From Tubiluchus corallicola (Eukaryota; Animalia; Priapulida), in NCBI GenBank assembly GCA_030141605.1, contig JAQGDQ010000594.1, positions 62,001 to 126,000 on the forward strand: a DNA stretch of 64,000 bases, read 5' to 3'. Below the pieces are notes generated by a model. It made no database searches. It was not told where the DNA came from and worked only from the letters and a program-made list of their open reading frames with translations. Each line of letters starts with the position of its first letter. Within the stretch, counting starts at the first letter, position 1. This document shows, in pieces, positions 1 to 11,540 of this stretch. Position numbers and translations under genes: made by a program.

Positions 1-219
1 TTGCTAAGCCATCTCTTAAGCTACGAATTTCGTACTGTTTTAGTTAGTAAAAAAGTGCGACAAATCAACGAAAAGCTTGCTTCTGTCTGCCAGCGTATTG
101 TATCTTTGGATAGAAGAAAGAGAACAAGAATGCACAGAACAAGAATGCACTAAATAATTATAGATTTTTTTATTTAATAATAATGATAGCACAATCACTA
201 ATGAAGCAGTGAATCCACA

Positions 220-1070
220 CCACACAATACACACCATTCACTACCACAATACACACCATTCACTACCACAATACACACCATTCACTACCACAATACACAC
301 CATTCACTACCACAATACACACCATTCACTACCACAATACACACCATTCACTACCACAATACACACCATTCACTACCACAATACACACCATTCACTACCA
401 CAATACACACCATTCACTACCACAATACACACCATTCACTACCACAATACACACCATTCACTACCACAATACACACCATTCACTACCACAATACACACCA
501 TTCACTACCACAATACACACCATTCACTACCACAATACACACCATTCACTACCACAAGACACAAGATTCGTTACCACAATACACACCATTCACTACCACA
601 ATACACACCATTCACTACCACAATACACACCATTCACTACCACAATACACACCATTCCACTACCACAATACACACCATTCACTACCACAAGACACAAGAT
701 TCGTTACCACAATACACACCATTCACTACCACAATACACACCATTCACTACCACAATACACACCATTCACTACCACAATACACACCATTCACTACCACAA
801 TACACACCATTCACTACCACAATACACACCATTCACTACCACAATACACACCATTCACTACCACAAGACACAAGATTCGTTACCACAATACACACCATTC
901 ACTACCACAATACACACCATTCACTACCACAATACACACCATTCACTACCACAATACACACCATTCACTACCACAATACACACCATTTACTACCACAATA
1001 TACACCATTCATTACCACAAGACACAACATTGATTACCACAATACACACCATTCACTACCACAATACACA
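220..1070. repeat. 22-bp minisatellite (CACTACCACAATACACACCATT)n, about 38 copies; degenerate continuation at about 1340-1530
   Basis: Unit read directly. The 22-aa period of ORF 209..1033 equals three units. Confidence 0.95.
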
Positions 1071-1198
1071 ACCCTCAGGTTTAACTTTCGGGTTTATTGC
1101 TCTTATACCATTGCTATTATTACATCATTTACTTCGTACTTATTTACTTTAAGTTATCTACAGAAGCATGCATAACTATAATTATTTTTTCATTTAAG

Positions 1199-1331
1199 TA
1201 AGGTGAGTTTGTTAATGACCGTATGGTCGTACACTCACCTCGCACTAGTCAAATTATTTTATTTAAAGTTTATTAATGTGTTTGATATTGTATTTTTTAT
1301 TGTGTGAAATAAAATTCATAGTTCATAGTTC
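1199..1331 (+). mobile_element. LINE-like 3' end with stem-loop and (TTCATAG)n tail; second copy on - at about 58218-58360
   Basis: AGGTGAGT...GACCGTATGGTC...ACTCACCT hairpin, then AATAAA and a heptamer tail. A near-identical reverse-complement copy lies at 58.2-58.36 kb. Confidence 0.65.
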
Positions 1332-1835
1332 CTCATTAGCACAATACACAAGATTCATTACCACAATACACACCATTCACTACCACAATACACAACCTTC
1401 ATTACCACAATGCACAACATTCATTATCACAATACACAATGTTCATTACGCAATACATGCCATTCATTACCACAATACACAACCTTCATTACCACAATGC
1501 ACAACATTCATTATCACAATACGCAATACACAATATTTGTTACCATTAGTGTTCGTTCTACCATGTTATTAGTGACATTTTAAACCTACTCTCTTCTTAC
1601 CCTCGTGGGTTTCTACATTCCAGATCATAATACAATGTCCAGTACTTGCTTGCATTGTTGTTCTTGTATTTGTGGTCAGTTTGTCTTGAAGTCACGGGTC
1701 GCAGTTTTTTGGTTCACGGTGCATTCTGGGGTGTTATAGGTCACTTGAGCTTGTTTTTTGTTGTGGCTTTTTGAAAAGCTTCTGGTTTCATTTTTTCATC
1801 GCATTTTTTTATCATCTTGTCTTTTTCTAATTTAG

Positions 1836-1982
1836 TTCAACGACGGAAGTAGACTAGGCTTACCTGGTTATGATATGAACGTCATACCTGTATGGAGACA
1901 GGGGTACACGGGCAGAGGTGTCATCGTCTGCATTGTTGATGACGGCGTCGATCATTCTCATCCCGATCTCAGCGAAAATTTT
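1836..1982 (+). CDS. Proprotein convertase (subtilisin/kexin S8B), first exon visible in the window; catalytic Asp
   Basis: tttag|...|gtacgt, phase 0/0. FNDGSRLGLPGYDMNVIPVWRQGYTGRGVIVCIVDDGVDHSHPDLSENF carries the convertase DDG motif. Confidence 0.93.
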
Positions 1983-2141
1983 GTACGTACCAGCGTGTTG
2001 ACACACTGTCAACTTTTGTCTAGTTTTTGTCGATTTTCTCTAAAGTTATTAAAGTTCTAGTTGATAGTCGACCTACTTTTTGGTAAAAATCATGGCGTGA
2101 CAACTCATTTGGTCAAAAGTGTTGCAGAAAACGCAATTTTG

Positions 2142-2341
2142 CTAATAGTGTAATTTAAATAATCCCAGTGAATGAATTCTGTTATTTTGAACCTTAATTA
2201 TTATAAATAATTGCTAAAACGTTTTATAAGCAAGTTTTGCGGTACATGTATTAAGGACATAATTATCATTGACCGTGTTGTATGTATACTTTTATATCAT
2301 GATACAGTGCAGAATTATCACCCTGCAAAAAAAGGCCTTGC

Positions 2342-2343
<2 letters not shown>
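2142..2343 (+). repeat. Dispersed repeat ending in (TA)n; second copy at about 56495-56692
   Basis: About 200 bp closely matching between the two loci; each is followed by TA repeats. Confidence 0.85.
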
Positions 2344-2399
<56 letters not shown>

Positions 2400-2625
2400 G
2401 TATGTATTGTGCAAATAAAGATTCGTTATCATCATTATCATGCCGGAAATTTAAACATGTTTATAAGAAAATGGTAGAATTTTCTGTGAAAATCTTTGTC
2501 TTATCGGCCATAGTGCTCATTAACTTGAATCCAAATAACGGCAAGAACTGCTCCATCAAGTTTTATAATATGACAATATGGCAGATCTTGGATTAAAATC
2601 ACGACTACCACTGTTCTTTTTGCAG

Positions 2626-2705
2626 AACGCCGAAGCTAGTTTCGATTTCAATGACCCTGACGATGCGGAACACGACCCACAACCTACCGACGATGACTAT
2701 AATGG
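2626..2705 (+). CDS. Proprotein convertase exon (NAEASFDFNDPDDAEHDPQPTDDDYNG)
   Basis: ttgcag|...|gtatgt, phase 0/2; AS.D.ND...DPQP convertase motif. Confidence 0.92.
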
Positions 2706-3569
2706 GTATGTTGAATGTCTCATGATTTTGAACCCTTTACTTTTCGGTCGGGGATAGATCGTATCCTGGTCTTTGTAACGAAATTGCAAAGTTTTTGATA
2801 ATAACATTGATCAAATGTGTTTTCGCATCTTATTGAAAATTCAAATTATATGAATAAATCATTTTGAAGATCTAAGCCAACGTAGTTTTGTAACATTTGT
2901 AACCTGTTATCTTTAAGTTTAGTGTTTTTATGTATTTTTATCAAACTTAATTCTAACGATATCTATACTCATTAATCTTTAATTTCACTCTACATTTCTT
3001 TAAACTTAAATTTGGTGTTTTTCATGCAGCGGCCTGTGCTCAAATAAGGTAAGATTTTCTTTTTCAATTACCTTTATTTAACATTATGATATTATGATTT
3101 TGGCTGTGTGTTAAGGCACTTGTAGAAATATTTAGGGAGGGGGTGCATGCACGAGTGGATCATGTTAGCAGATGCGCTTCACGTTTGCCTGCATGGTTGA
3201 TAGTCAAGCAACAAAAAACTTTGTGGATTGATAATTGGATAGCTGACCAACAGGAAAGTTCCCATTCTGTCTGCTGTAACTCCTCACCCATTTACCCGAT
3301 GGAGTTGCGACCTCATACAAACGTGGCTAATACACTCCTTTTGGTTCAGTGCCTCATTTTGCAGGATTACCATTGATAATGAACTAGGCTCCAGTCCCAT
3401 CATTGCTATCAAAATTAAGAGGGCTCTGCTGTTTAGTACTGGGTAAAAACTTTGAACTTGGTTGCATTGCAGAAAAATTTCTTTAATCTCTAGTTACTGA
3501 CGGAATCAGATTATCAATTTGTTTTTATTCATTCAGGCAGCTATTTAAATTTACCTGCTTTCTTTGCAG

Positions 3570-3658
3570 ACATGGTACACGCTGTGCTGGCGTTGTTGCT
3601 GCCACTGCCAATAATACGCTCTGTGGTGTCGGGATTGCTTATAATGTTAACATCGGCG
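3570..3658 (+). CDS. Proprotein convertase exon with catalytic His ([30 protein letters not shown])
   Basis: ttgcag|...|gtaagg, phase 2/1; HGTRCAG motif. Confidence 0.95.
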
Positions 3659-3696
3659 GTAAGGAAAGGTCTTGCTCACCTTCGTGTACACGGTAC

Positions 3697-4198
3697 CAGT
3701 GGCGGCTCGTAGCTAAAATTACTGGGGACGATGCTTCAAAAAAATGTTACGCCATTGTTTTAATACTGTGTAAAACGTAACAAACATATTTTGATGTAAT
3801 TTTAATGTTGTAATTTGTAATTGTAATTTTAAACAAACAAACATACGAAGTTTTATACATAAACTTGATAAAAATATTAAACAAAAAATATTTTTTGCTT
3901 ACTAATAGCCTAATTTGTCTCAGTTCAAGATTGATTCATTCACGGTAAGCATGACAACGGACAACAAACTGTGTGAGCGACAGTACTTTCTCTACTTAGG
4001 CTCAGACATGTACACATGGCCACATGTGCACAAAAGCCAAGCGTTGCATGAGCGTACTGTGCTGGGCTGTGAAGCAAACAGTACTACCCTCCTGTTGTCT
4101 GGTTCTGTACAGAAAAAATACATTGAATATTATTGATAATATCGAGTAAAAATAGGGGGTGCTGCAGTTCCACAGTACCTATAGAGGAACCGCCACTG
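3697..4198. mobile_element. Non-autonomous DNA transposon with CAGTGGCGG termini (hAT-like MITE)
   Basis: TIRs CAGTGGCGGCTC / GAACCGCCACTG. No clear 8-bp TSD, so the superfamily is inferred. Confidence 0.65.
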
Positions 4199-4579
4199 GT
4201 TTTGTGTGACATTGAGAAATTAAACACCATGTTCTATTAAACATAGATTATAAAGTAATTTTTGCCTTGCTGTTTCTATTAACAGACTAGGAAAACCTAT
4301 GAATGTTTTATATTGTTGTTTTGAGTCTACTGATGCTAAGTTAATCAAACGTGCTACAAGGGCACCATCAGCTAACTGAAAGGTCAACATTTCATACTTA
4401 ACCTTTGACCTTGACCATTTTCATACAGGGATCTCCTGCAGAAACCATGCAGAAAGATTCGAAAAAAATCTTGTGATTTCCAGTTGTGCAGAAAAAATGT
4501 TTTAGCTGCCCAAATATGGTATGTATGGTGCCATAGGAATTGGGTGGATGAATTAATTTTAATGAGAACACACTACCAT

Positions 4580-5035
4580 TGGCAAACAAATGCATTAAGC
4601 ACTCTTCACACTGGACTGCGTATCGTGGCAAACAAATGCATTAAGCACTCTTCACACTGGACTGCTTATAGTGGCAAACAAGTGCATTAAACACTCTTCA
4701 CACTGGACTGCTTATCGTGGCAAACAAATGCATTAAGCACTCTTCACACTGGACTGCTTATCGTGGCAAACAAGTGCATTAAACACTCTTCACACTGGAC
4801 TCCTTATCGTGGAAACAAGTGCATTAAGCACTCTTCACACTGGACTGCTTATCGTGGCAAACAAGTGCATTAAACACTCTTCACACTGTACTGCTTATCG
4901 TGGCAAACAAGTGCATTAAACACTCTTCACACTGTACTGCTTATCGTGGCAAACAAGTGCATTTAACACTCTTCACACTGGACTGCTTATCGTGGCAAAC
5001 AAGTGCATTAAACACTCTTCACACTGGACTGCTTA
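4580..5035. repeat. 46-bp minisatellite, about 10 copies, abutting a splice acceptor
   Basis: Unit GGCAAACAAGTGCATTAAACACTCTTCACACTGGACTGCTTATCGT. Confidence 0.95.
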
Positions 5036-5041
5036 TTATAG

Positions 5042-5214
5042 GAATATGTTTGCTGGACGGCGACGTCACGGATGTGCTAGAAGCTCAAGCTCTGCTCTAC
5101 CACAATGATTACATTGACATATACAGCGTTTCCTGGGGTCCCCGTGATGATGGGAGGACTGTAGACGGACCTGGCAGACTAGCGCTAGAAGCGTTAAGAA
5201 GAGGAACAAGCGAG
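5042..5214 (+). CDS. Proprotein convertase exon (ICLLDGDVTDVLEAQALLYHNDYIDIYSVSWGPRDDGRTVDGPGRLALEALRRGTSE)
   Basis: ttatag|...|gtatgt, phase 1/0; SWGPxDDG..VDGP motif. Confidence 0.95.
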
Positions 5215-5249
5215 GTATGTAACTGTTTAGTCGTTAGAGGCAACAAGAA

Positions 5250-5860
5250 CTCTTCTTCTTCTTCTTCTTCTTCTTCTTCTTCTTCTTCTTCCCAGCTTTT
5301 CCCTATGCTGGGTCGCCATTGTGAATGAGTTTTCTCCACTGTTATTCCTGTTGTTGGCCATCTCTTCATTTATGTTCTTCTCTCTAAGGTCTCCGTTAAT
5401 ACATTCAAACCATCTCAGCTTGGGCCGTCCTCTTTTTCTATTTCCCAGCACTTCCATTTCCATGACCTCCCTTCCCACGTGATCTTCCCCGACTCTCCTT
5501 CTCAGGTGCCCATACCATTGCATCTTGCCTCTTGTATCTTTTTCGAGGCTTCCACTACTTTCACTGTTCCTCTAATATTACTATTCCTAATTTTATCCCT
5601 TCTTGTTATTCCCACCATCCATCTCAACATCCTCATGTCCACTACATCCATTTTCTTCTCTTCGGTCTTCTTTAGAGAAGCTGCTTCCAGCCCATAGATT
5701 AGAGCGGGTCTGACCACTGCTTTGTGGACTTTACCTTTAAGTCTCACCGACTCATTCATAGAAGGTTTTGGTGCAGTTTTTACAAGTGGATGCCCTTCCT
5801 GACCCCAACCCTCCCTATTTTTCCGGGCTTGGGAGCGGCACTGAGTTGGGCTGGCTTGCC
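5250..5860 (-). mobile_element. RTE-clade LINE remnant: frameshifted ORF C-terminus with (GAA)n tail
   Basis: ORFs 5502..5759 and 5227..5523 give VRPALIYG..MRMLRWMVG.TRRDKIRN..WYGHL.RR..RKRGRPKLRW, typical of the RTE C-terminus. The tail reads (TTC)n on + at 5250-5291. Confidence 0.88.
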
Positions 5861-6409
5861 CCCCCCCCCCCCCAACACTTCCAAACAGAAAAGTTGTGCA
5901 ACTTCACCTTCAGCAATTTAAGTTGCAATTACTTGAAATCAATGGTATCGCCCACCACTACTGCTAGCAATTCAGGTTCCATGAGGAAGCAGCCTTGGGA
6001 AAAAACTCTGTAAAGTTTTACCAAGATTTCAGTTTTGTCTTTTTTAATTAATTGCCTGAATTGTTTGTTCTGCATAGCAGAAATGCCGTTTTTGCATTTT
6101 CCGCAGTGTCAACAGCTCTGCTTTCTATCTGCGTTAATTTAATGCAAACAAAACCCCCTAGATCATTTGCAATTTATTAGCACTGAAGTCATGAAAGTTG
6201 CAATTAAAGGGCAAGTCAAATAAACCTGCCAGCTCTATAATGAGCTCCATTGCTGCCTATCTTCATGTGCTTTTGTAAAATGTTTAAGTTTTTTGTACTT
6301 TCATTAAATTACGACAACAGAGATGGCTTTGACGGTGATATCAGGAAAACGATTATGTTGGTGTAGTTGATGTTGACTGTGATGATACGATGAAGCCAGT
6401 GATTGTGAT

Positions 6410-6641
6410 AATAATTATGATGATGATGATGATGATGATGATGATATCGATGATAGCGATGATAATGACCGTGACTGTGATGATGATGATGATGATGATG
6501 GGGATGATAGTGACAGTGACTGTGATGATGATGATGATGATGATGACGACAATGATAACGATGGTGGTGCTGATAATGACAGTGACTGTGATGATGATGA
6601 TGAAGGATGATGATGATGATGATGATGATGAAGATGATGAT
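6410..6641. repeat. (GAT)n compound microsatellite
   Basis: Seen directly. Confidence 0.95.
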
Positions 6642-6727
6642 CACAACTCATTCGAGTCTGGTAAATATTACATTCGAATAAATTTTTTACACTCTGTGCG
6701 GAACAATTTCAAATTTTTGTTGAACAG

Positions 6728-6976
6728 GGTCGTAACGGTAAAGGATCTATTTTTGTGTGGGCTGTCGGAAACGGCGGCGTCCACGACAACTGCAACGCGG
6801 ATGGCTATGTTTCCAGCATTTACACCCTAGCCGTCAGTTCAATCACCGCAACGGGTACGGTGCCGTACTATGCCGAGCCCTGTGCGGCCATGCTAGCTGT
6901 CGTTTTCACCGGTGGATCTCGTGTTCTCAAGTCAAAAGAGGAAAAGGATACCGAAGAAGAAGATGAGCTAACAGTG
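6728..6976 (+). CDS. Proprotein convertase exon with oxyanion Asn (GRNGKGSIFVWAVGNGG...CNADGY...YAEPC)
   Basis: aacag|...|gtaagt, phase 0/0, 83 codons. Confidence 0.95.
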
Positions 6977-7396
6977 GTAAGTTTTAATTTACATGAAATT
7001 TCAAACGGAAGTTATGATGCAAGAAGTTAGCATTAAAATAAGTTACTTCTTTATCATTATGGTGTGAGCTTCTTTAGTTTAATATTGGCAACTGATGCAA
7101 TTGAAATTTATACCCTTTGTTTCCTCCATGGCACAATTATAAGATGGCTGCTCCTTTTTATCTAAACAAACATGGAGTCCGTCTTGTATCTTTTAACGGC
7201 TAGCATTGTATACCAGAAAGTGAATTCCGATCGAATCTAATTTACGACTTTTAAACTTGAGTGAAGAGGGAAAATTCGAGATTTCGAGTTCGAGTTTACT
7301 TTTAAGAATTTTCAAATAAATTTTGAAATCTCTAGTAAAAAGTGGTCTCACGAAGATTATGCATATTGCTAGGTTTTATTCTGCAGTAAAAACACT

Positions 7397-7767
7397 AATA
7401 AGTTCCTGTGATTGATAATGATCGCGAATAGTTCAAAGGTGAAGTGTACCAGACAATGCATATGTGTACAATTGACAGCGCCTCGCAGCCCATGCTATTG
7501 TAATACTAACAGTTGTAACAGCTAGCTAGAACTTTACCTAGTTGTTCATTTTTTCTTGTTCCCAACTAAGATTCTGCTAGTAAATCACTCTAAGCACAAA
7601 TTAATGCATAATTAAGCAAAGTCCATGTAAAGCAACTGAAGTTACTGAACTGATGCGGGACACGGCTTTGTTTTACAGTTGTAGTTAAGATGCATTGCTG
7701 TGGTACACTTAACCTTTGACCTACAGCAACTGCGCGTGCACACAATGAAACTGCGAAAAGGCTTATT
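7397..7767 (-). mobile_element. MITE family A copy (AATAAGCC...GGCTTATT ends)
   Basis: Reverse-complement match to the 20224-20600 copy; ends AACTGCGAAAAGGCTTATT. Confidence 0.85.
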
Positions 7768-7796
7768 CTCACCTTTTTCTTTCAATGTTTGTCTAG

Positions 7797-7897
7797 ATTA
7801 CCACCGACCTCAATCATAAGTGCACTAGGAAGTTTCAAGGCACATCTGGAGCTGCACCACTGGCTGCTGGAATAGTGGCACTTCTGTTAGAATTCAA
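7797..7897 (+). CDS. Proprotein convertase exon with catalytic Ser ([34 protein letters not shown])
   Basis: tctag|...|gtaagc, phase 0/2; GTS Ser codon at 7845-7847. Not in the ORF track. Confidence 0.95.
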
Positions 7898-8269
7898 GTA
7901 AGCTTTTTCACCTTTATTTTAAAGTAATCATGCAGATTATACACACTTAGAATGTCTATCGCACTATGCGAGATGAAATCAAAACTGGATAATCATCCCT
8001 TTAAACAGAACAAAATCAATACATATTGCTGTTTACCGAAAATTCGGCAGTCTTTGCGTTCCTGTATGTACGTAGGAAAAATTGTGGTCAAATTGGTGTT
8101 GCTGACGCGTTCTTAATCAGATGACATCATCAGATTTGCATCACAGGCTGCGCTACAATTCGTGTTACAAAAAGTCCGAACTTTTTCTCAAAACTTTTAT
8201 AGACTGGAAAGCAGGATACAGGTGCAGAGCCAGAGGGACACCATTTGTATTTAAACCCTAACAGTTTAA

Positions 8270-8975
8270 CTCCTTCAGGACCATAAGAGTTACATTTTGC
8301 ATGGGTTCATGAAAACCTGCTCTCACTAAGTAGCGATTACGTTATATTTGATAGTTTTTGTGGATTTCTGCTCCTCACAATGAATTTTCATGCAAAATTA
8401 TATATGAAATGCATTTTCTTACCTTAGACAAATTAAAAATCTATTATTAACGAAAAATTGAAAAAACTTTCTGTAACTGTAGTGTTTCGAATGTAACAAT
8501 ATACAGTATCACTTGCATGAAATCGACTAATGCAGAAAATTTCAACTATCCAGACACAACAGTCTGACACACTGTGTTCTCAAGTCTACTATATTTTTAA
8601 GAAATTGCTGGTAAAAGCTGAAATCACCTTAATTTCTCCTTGAATGAGTCCGTTGCTTTTTCCTGGAACTCTGTACAGAAGGCAATTCTCTTGGTTGCAG
8701 CAAGCAGGTGATCAATAAATTAGTGTGTACGATCACACAAGTGTACACCAGACTAAGCTACTCTAGACTAAGTTGGTGTCCCTTAAAAGTGTGTATTTTT
8801 CTCAATTTTATCTAATTAAATCACTTATAAATGTTTAAACAAATAGCATGATTGGATAGCGGAGATTTTCCTGAGGAGAGCAATGCCTAATTTGTGATCA
8901 TTTAGTTACGTCTTTGCTCATACAGTAGCAGAAAATCATATAAGACCCTTTTTGAAATGTGCAGTCCTGAAGGAG
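8270..8975. mobile_element. piggyBac-like non-autonomous element
   Basis: TTAA|CTCCTTCAGGAC ... GTCCTGAAGGAG|TTAA: perfect 12-bp TIRs with TTAA on both sides. Confidence 0.8.
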
Positions 8976-9127
8976 TTAAAGTGCATTTCTTCACCTGTCA
9001 TTGTTTTCTATTTTTGACACTTGCATTTGAGCATCGCAGCCAGGCAAGATACTGCACCATCACACTATCTCCAGGATTGACTGGACTGTCAAGTATTCAT
9101 GACATAACAAACTAACAGAACAGCAAA

Positions 9128-9378
9128 AATATTCAGTGTGTTGTACTAAAACTAGACAAGTTTTAAGATAAAAATTCAAATTTCAAATTTTCCGCTGTGG
9201 TCAGCATGAGCTGTCAAACGTGTGCAGTTCGTTACAAACTAACACATCTGAACTGAGAGGTACAGCACCTGCTTTTGTGCAGTGCGTTTCCGAATTGCAG
9301 GCTCTAGTGCTTGTCTAACTAGCGATTGGTAACATGCATGTAACAGCAAAGAACTAGTGGCGTGAATGTGAAATTGTG
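9128..9378 (+). mobile_element. Dispersed repeat family B (also about 31968-32275 on - and about 41167-41455 on +)
   Basis: Shared ATATTCAGTGTGTTGTACTAAAACTAG...GAACTAGTGGCG core at three loci. Confidence 0.8.
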
Positions 9379-9479
9379 CTTGTGTGGTAATAATTCTTTC
9401 ACGTAAATCATTTTTGAAGAATAGTATGTTTCCTTTCAGTATTTTGAAAAGTAGATTATTTTGACTTACGTTTAAGATT

Positions 9480-9865
9480 GAGTCCAGTTTTGCTTTAAGT
9501 GAAAGGATACGATGGCTGCACAGTGCCGTTTGATGCCGAGGAACTGCAGGCAAAAATTATTGAGCACTGGTGCCACATCCCTTAAAGAAATGAAAAACAG
9601 TCTTAGTGGTTGGATGAAGTGCCTTCCTTTAGTTTGCAGTGAAAATGGTGGACACAATGAGCACTTGCTGTAGTGACTCAGTTTTTAACTTGTTGAGTTA
9701 AAACTTCTGTATCCTTGGACAAATCCAAAGAAGTGACATAACATGTTTTGGTGTTTGTACATAAATATCCATATCATCAGTGCAATAATTTTCAAGAGAT
9801 TTCAATATATTATTCTTATAATATCGTGATCAAAATTTTGGCACATTTTTTATGCCTCCTGGTAT
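9480..9865 (+). mobile_element. Tc1/mariner-type transposase C-terminal remnant with probable right TIR
   Basis: Frameshifted DAEELQAKIIEHWCHI/LKEMKNSLSGWMKCLPLVCSENGGHNEHLL* (stop 9671-9673) resembles the NGGHxEHLL terminus. The region ends GCACATTTTTTATGCCTCCTGGTA-TA. Confidence 0.6.
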
Positions 9866-9891
9866 AATTAGATGAACTTTTTCTATCGCAG

Positions 9892-10116
9892 TCCGAATTT
9901 ATCATGGAGGGATGTCCAGCATCTGATCATCATTAGCTCGAGGATTCCCTCTCCGCACGAATCAGGCTGGTGGGTGAACGGTGCGGGTCACCACGTGCAC
10001 TTGCAGATGGGCTTCGGTGTCATAGACGCCGCTAGATTGTTGGAGAGAGCAAAGTTTTGGAAACCCGTTCCAGAACAGCTCGAGTGTAGTTTCACTGATG
10101 ATTTGAAAGGGGATAG
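9892..10116 (+). CDS. Proprotein convertase exon (PNLSWRDVQHL...NGAGHHVHLQMGFGVIDA...C)
   Basis: tcgcag|...|gtgagt, phase 2/2; WRDVQH and GFG..DA motifs. Confidence 0.95.
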
Positions 10117-10261
10117 GTGAGTTGAAAGGGGATAGGGGATAGAAAGAGCAAAGTTTCATTGGTTTCAGTATGTGGTACTTTAATAGAGAACTGAGTAAAC
10201 ATTGCCAACAATTGAAGCCGATTACAGTACATCTAATTAAGCCCTGACTTATTTACAGACT

Positions 10262-10457
10262 ACCATCGTCATGTTCATTATCATCATCTTCGTCATCATC
10301 ATCAGCATCATCATATTCACTCTCATCATCACCATCATTATGTTCATCATCATCACCATCATCGTGATCATCATCATCGTCATCATCATCACCATGTTCG
10401 TCATCATCGTCATCATCATCATAAGCAGCATCAGCATCATTATATTCATCATCGTCG

Positions 10458-10491
<34 letters not shown>

Positions 10492-10825
10492 GTTCATCGT
10501 CATCAACATCATCACCTTGATAATCATTTCTACTATAATTATCATAATCATCTCTCATGACCCTCAGCATCTTCGTTGTCATCATTTTCATGATCATCGT
10601 CGTCGTGATCTTGATAATCATTTCTACTACCATTATTGTAATCATCTCCTTCACGATCATCAGCATCTTCGTCACTATCATTTTCTTTGTCTCATCATCA
10701 CCATCATAATAATCTTTACCAACACCAGCAGCATCATTGTCGTTGTCGGTCGTTTTTATCTTCGTTAACTTGTGGCCATCATTGTTACCATCCTTATCAT
10801 TGTCATCATCGTCTCCATTATCATT
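10262..10825. repeat. (CAT)n degenerate microsatellite
   Basis: Seen directly. Confidence 0.92.
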
Positions 10826-11540
10826 TAAATGGAATTGACCACCCAGTTTTTTACTGTACTATAATCTCAAACTGAAATCTCAAACTTAACTGAAATAATC
10901 TCAAAAATGATAAATGCGGCTTCACTCTGTTTTCAGGTATGAATTTTTTTCTACGTGATATGCTTTTATTCTTACTTCGAGGTTCTTATGTTGGTGTTTG
11001 TTTACCAAAAGCACAGGCTAAATTGCTTTTGTCGTGTTTGTCAAATGTGCAAGCTTGTCCCTTTTGCGGTGTCACTTTTTTTGATTAGTCAGACGTAACG
11101 TGAGCCGTGTGTTGACGAGAACTCTTGTTCCTTTTGCAACTTCTTGTAAATATCGTCAAGACATTGGAGACAGCGTATACACATAATAACAATTTAGCTG
11201 CTGTCGCTTTTTGTACATTTGAGATAAGTATTAACGCGTGAGCTAACAATATGTAATCTGACCAGAGGGATAGGGTCTCGGTAATAAAACCGAAATGAAT
11301 CGCAGTTTTGCGGTTTCCTGTTGCGAGAATGAATGTACGCAAACGTTTTTCTTTCGGATGCGCTGCTATTATGTAAAATGTAGATTTAATGTAAAATTAT
11401 TCACAGAATAGTGAAAAGACACAGTTTGTCTGTTTTCTTCAAATACAAATTGTCCCAAATGGCCAGTGGTCAGTTGTCCACTTAGCGCAATTGTGCAAAT
11501 AAAAACAAAACTCCTGCAGCCAATCTGATAGGGATAGTTT

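Noticed and set aside
209-1033. 274-aa His/Thr-rich ORF
   Set aside because: Translation of a stop-poor 22-bp minisatellite; no splice or domain support.
1875-2060. ORF-track starts and stops for convertase pieces (1875, 4900, 6755, 9872, 11838) as separate genes
   Set aside because: They are exons of one spliced gene; the ORF ends run into introns.
4580-5035. CRISPR-like look of regular repeats (also 17278-17820 and 33458-33870)
   Set aside because: Units are head to tail with no unique spacers, there are no cas genes, and the context is eukaryotic.
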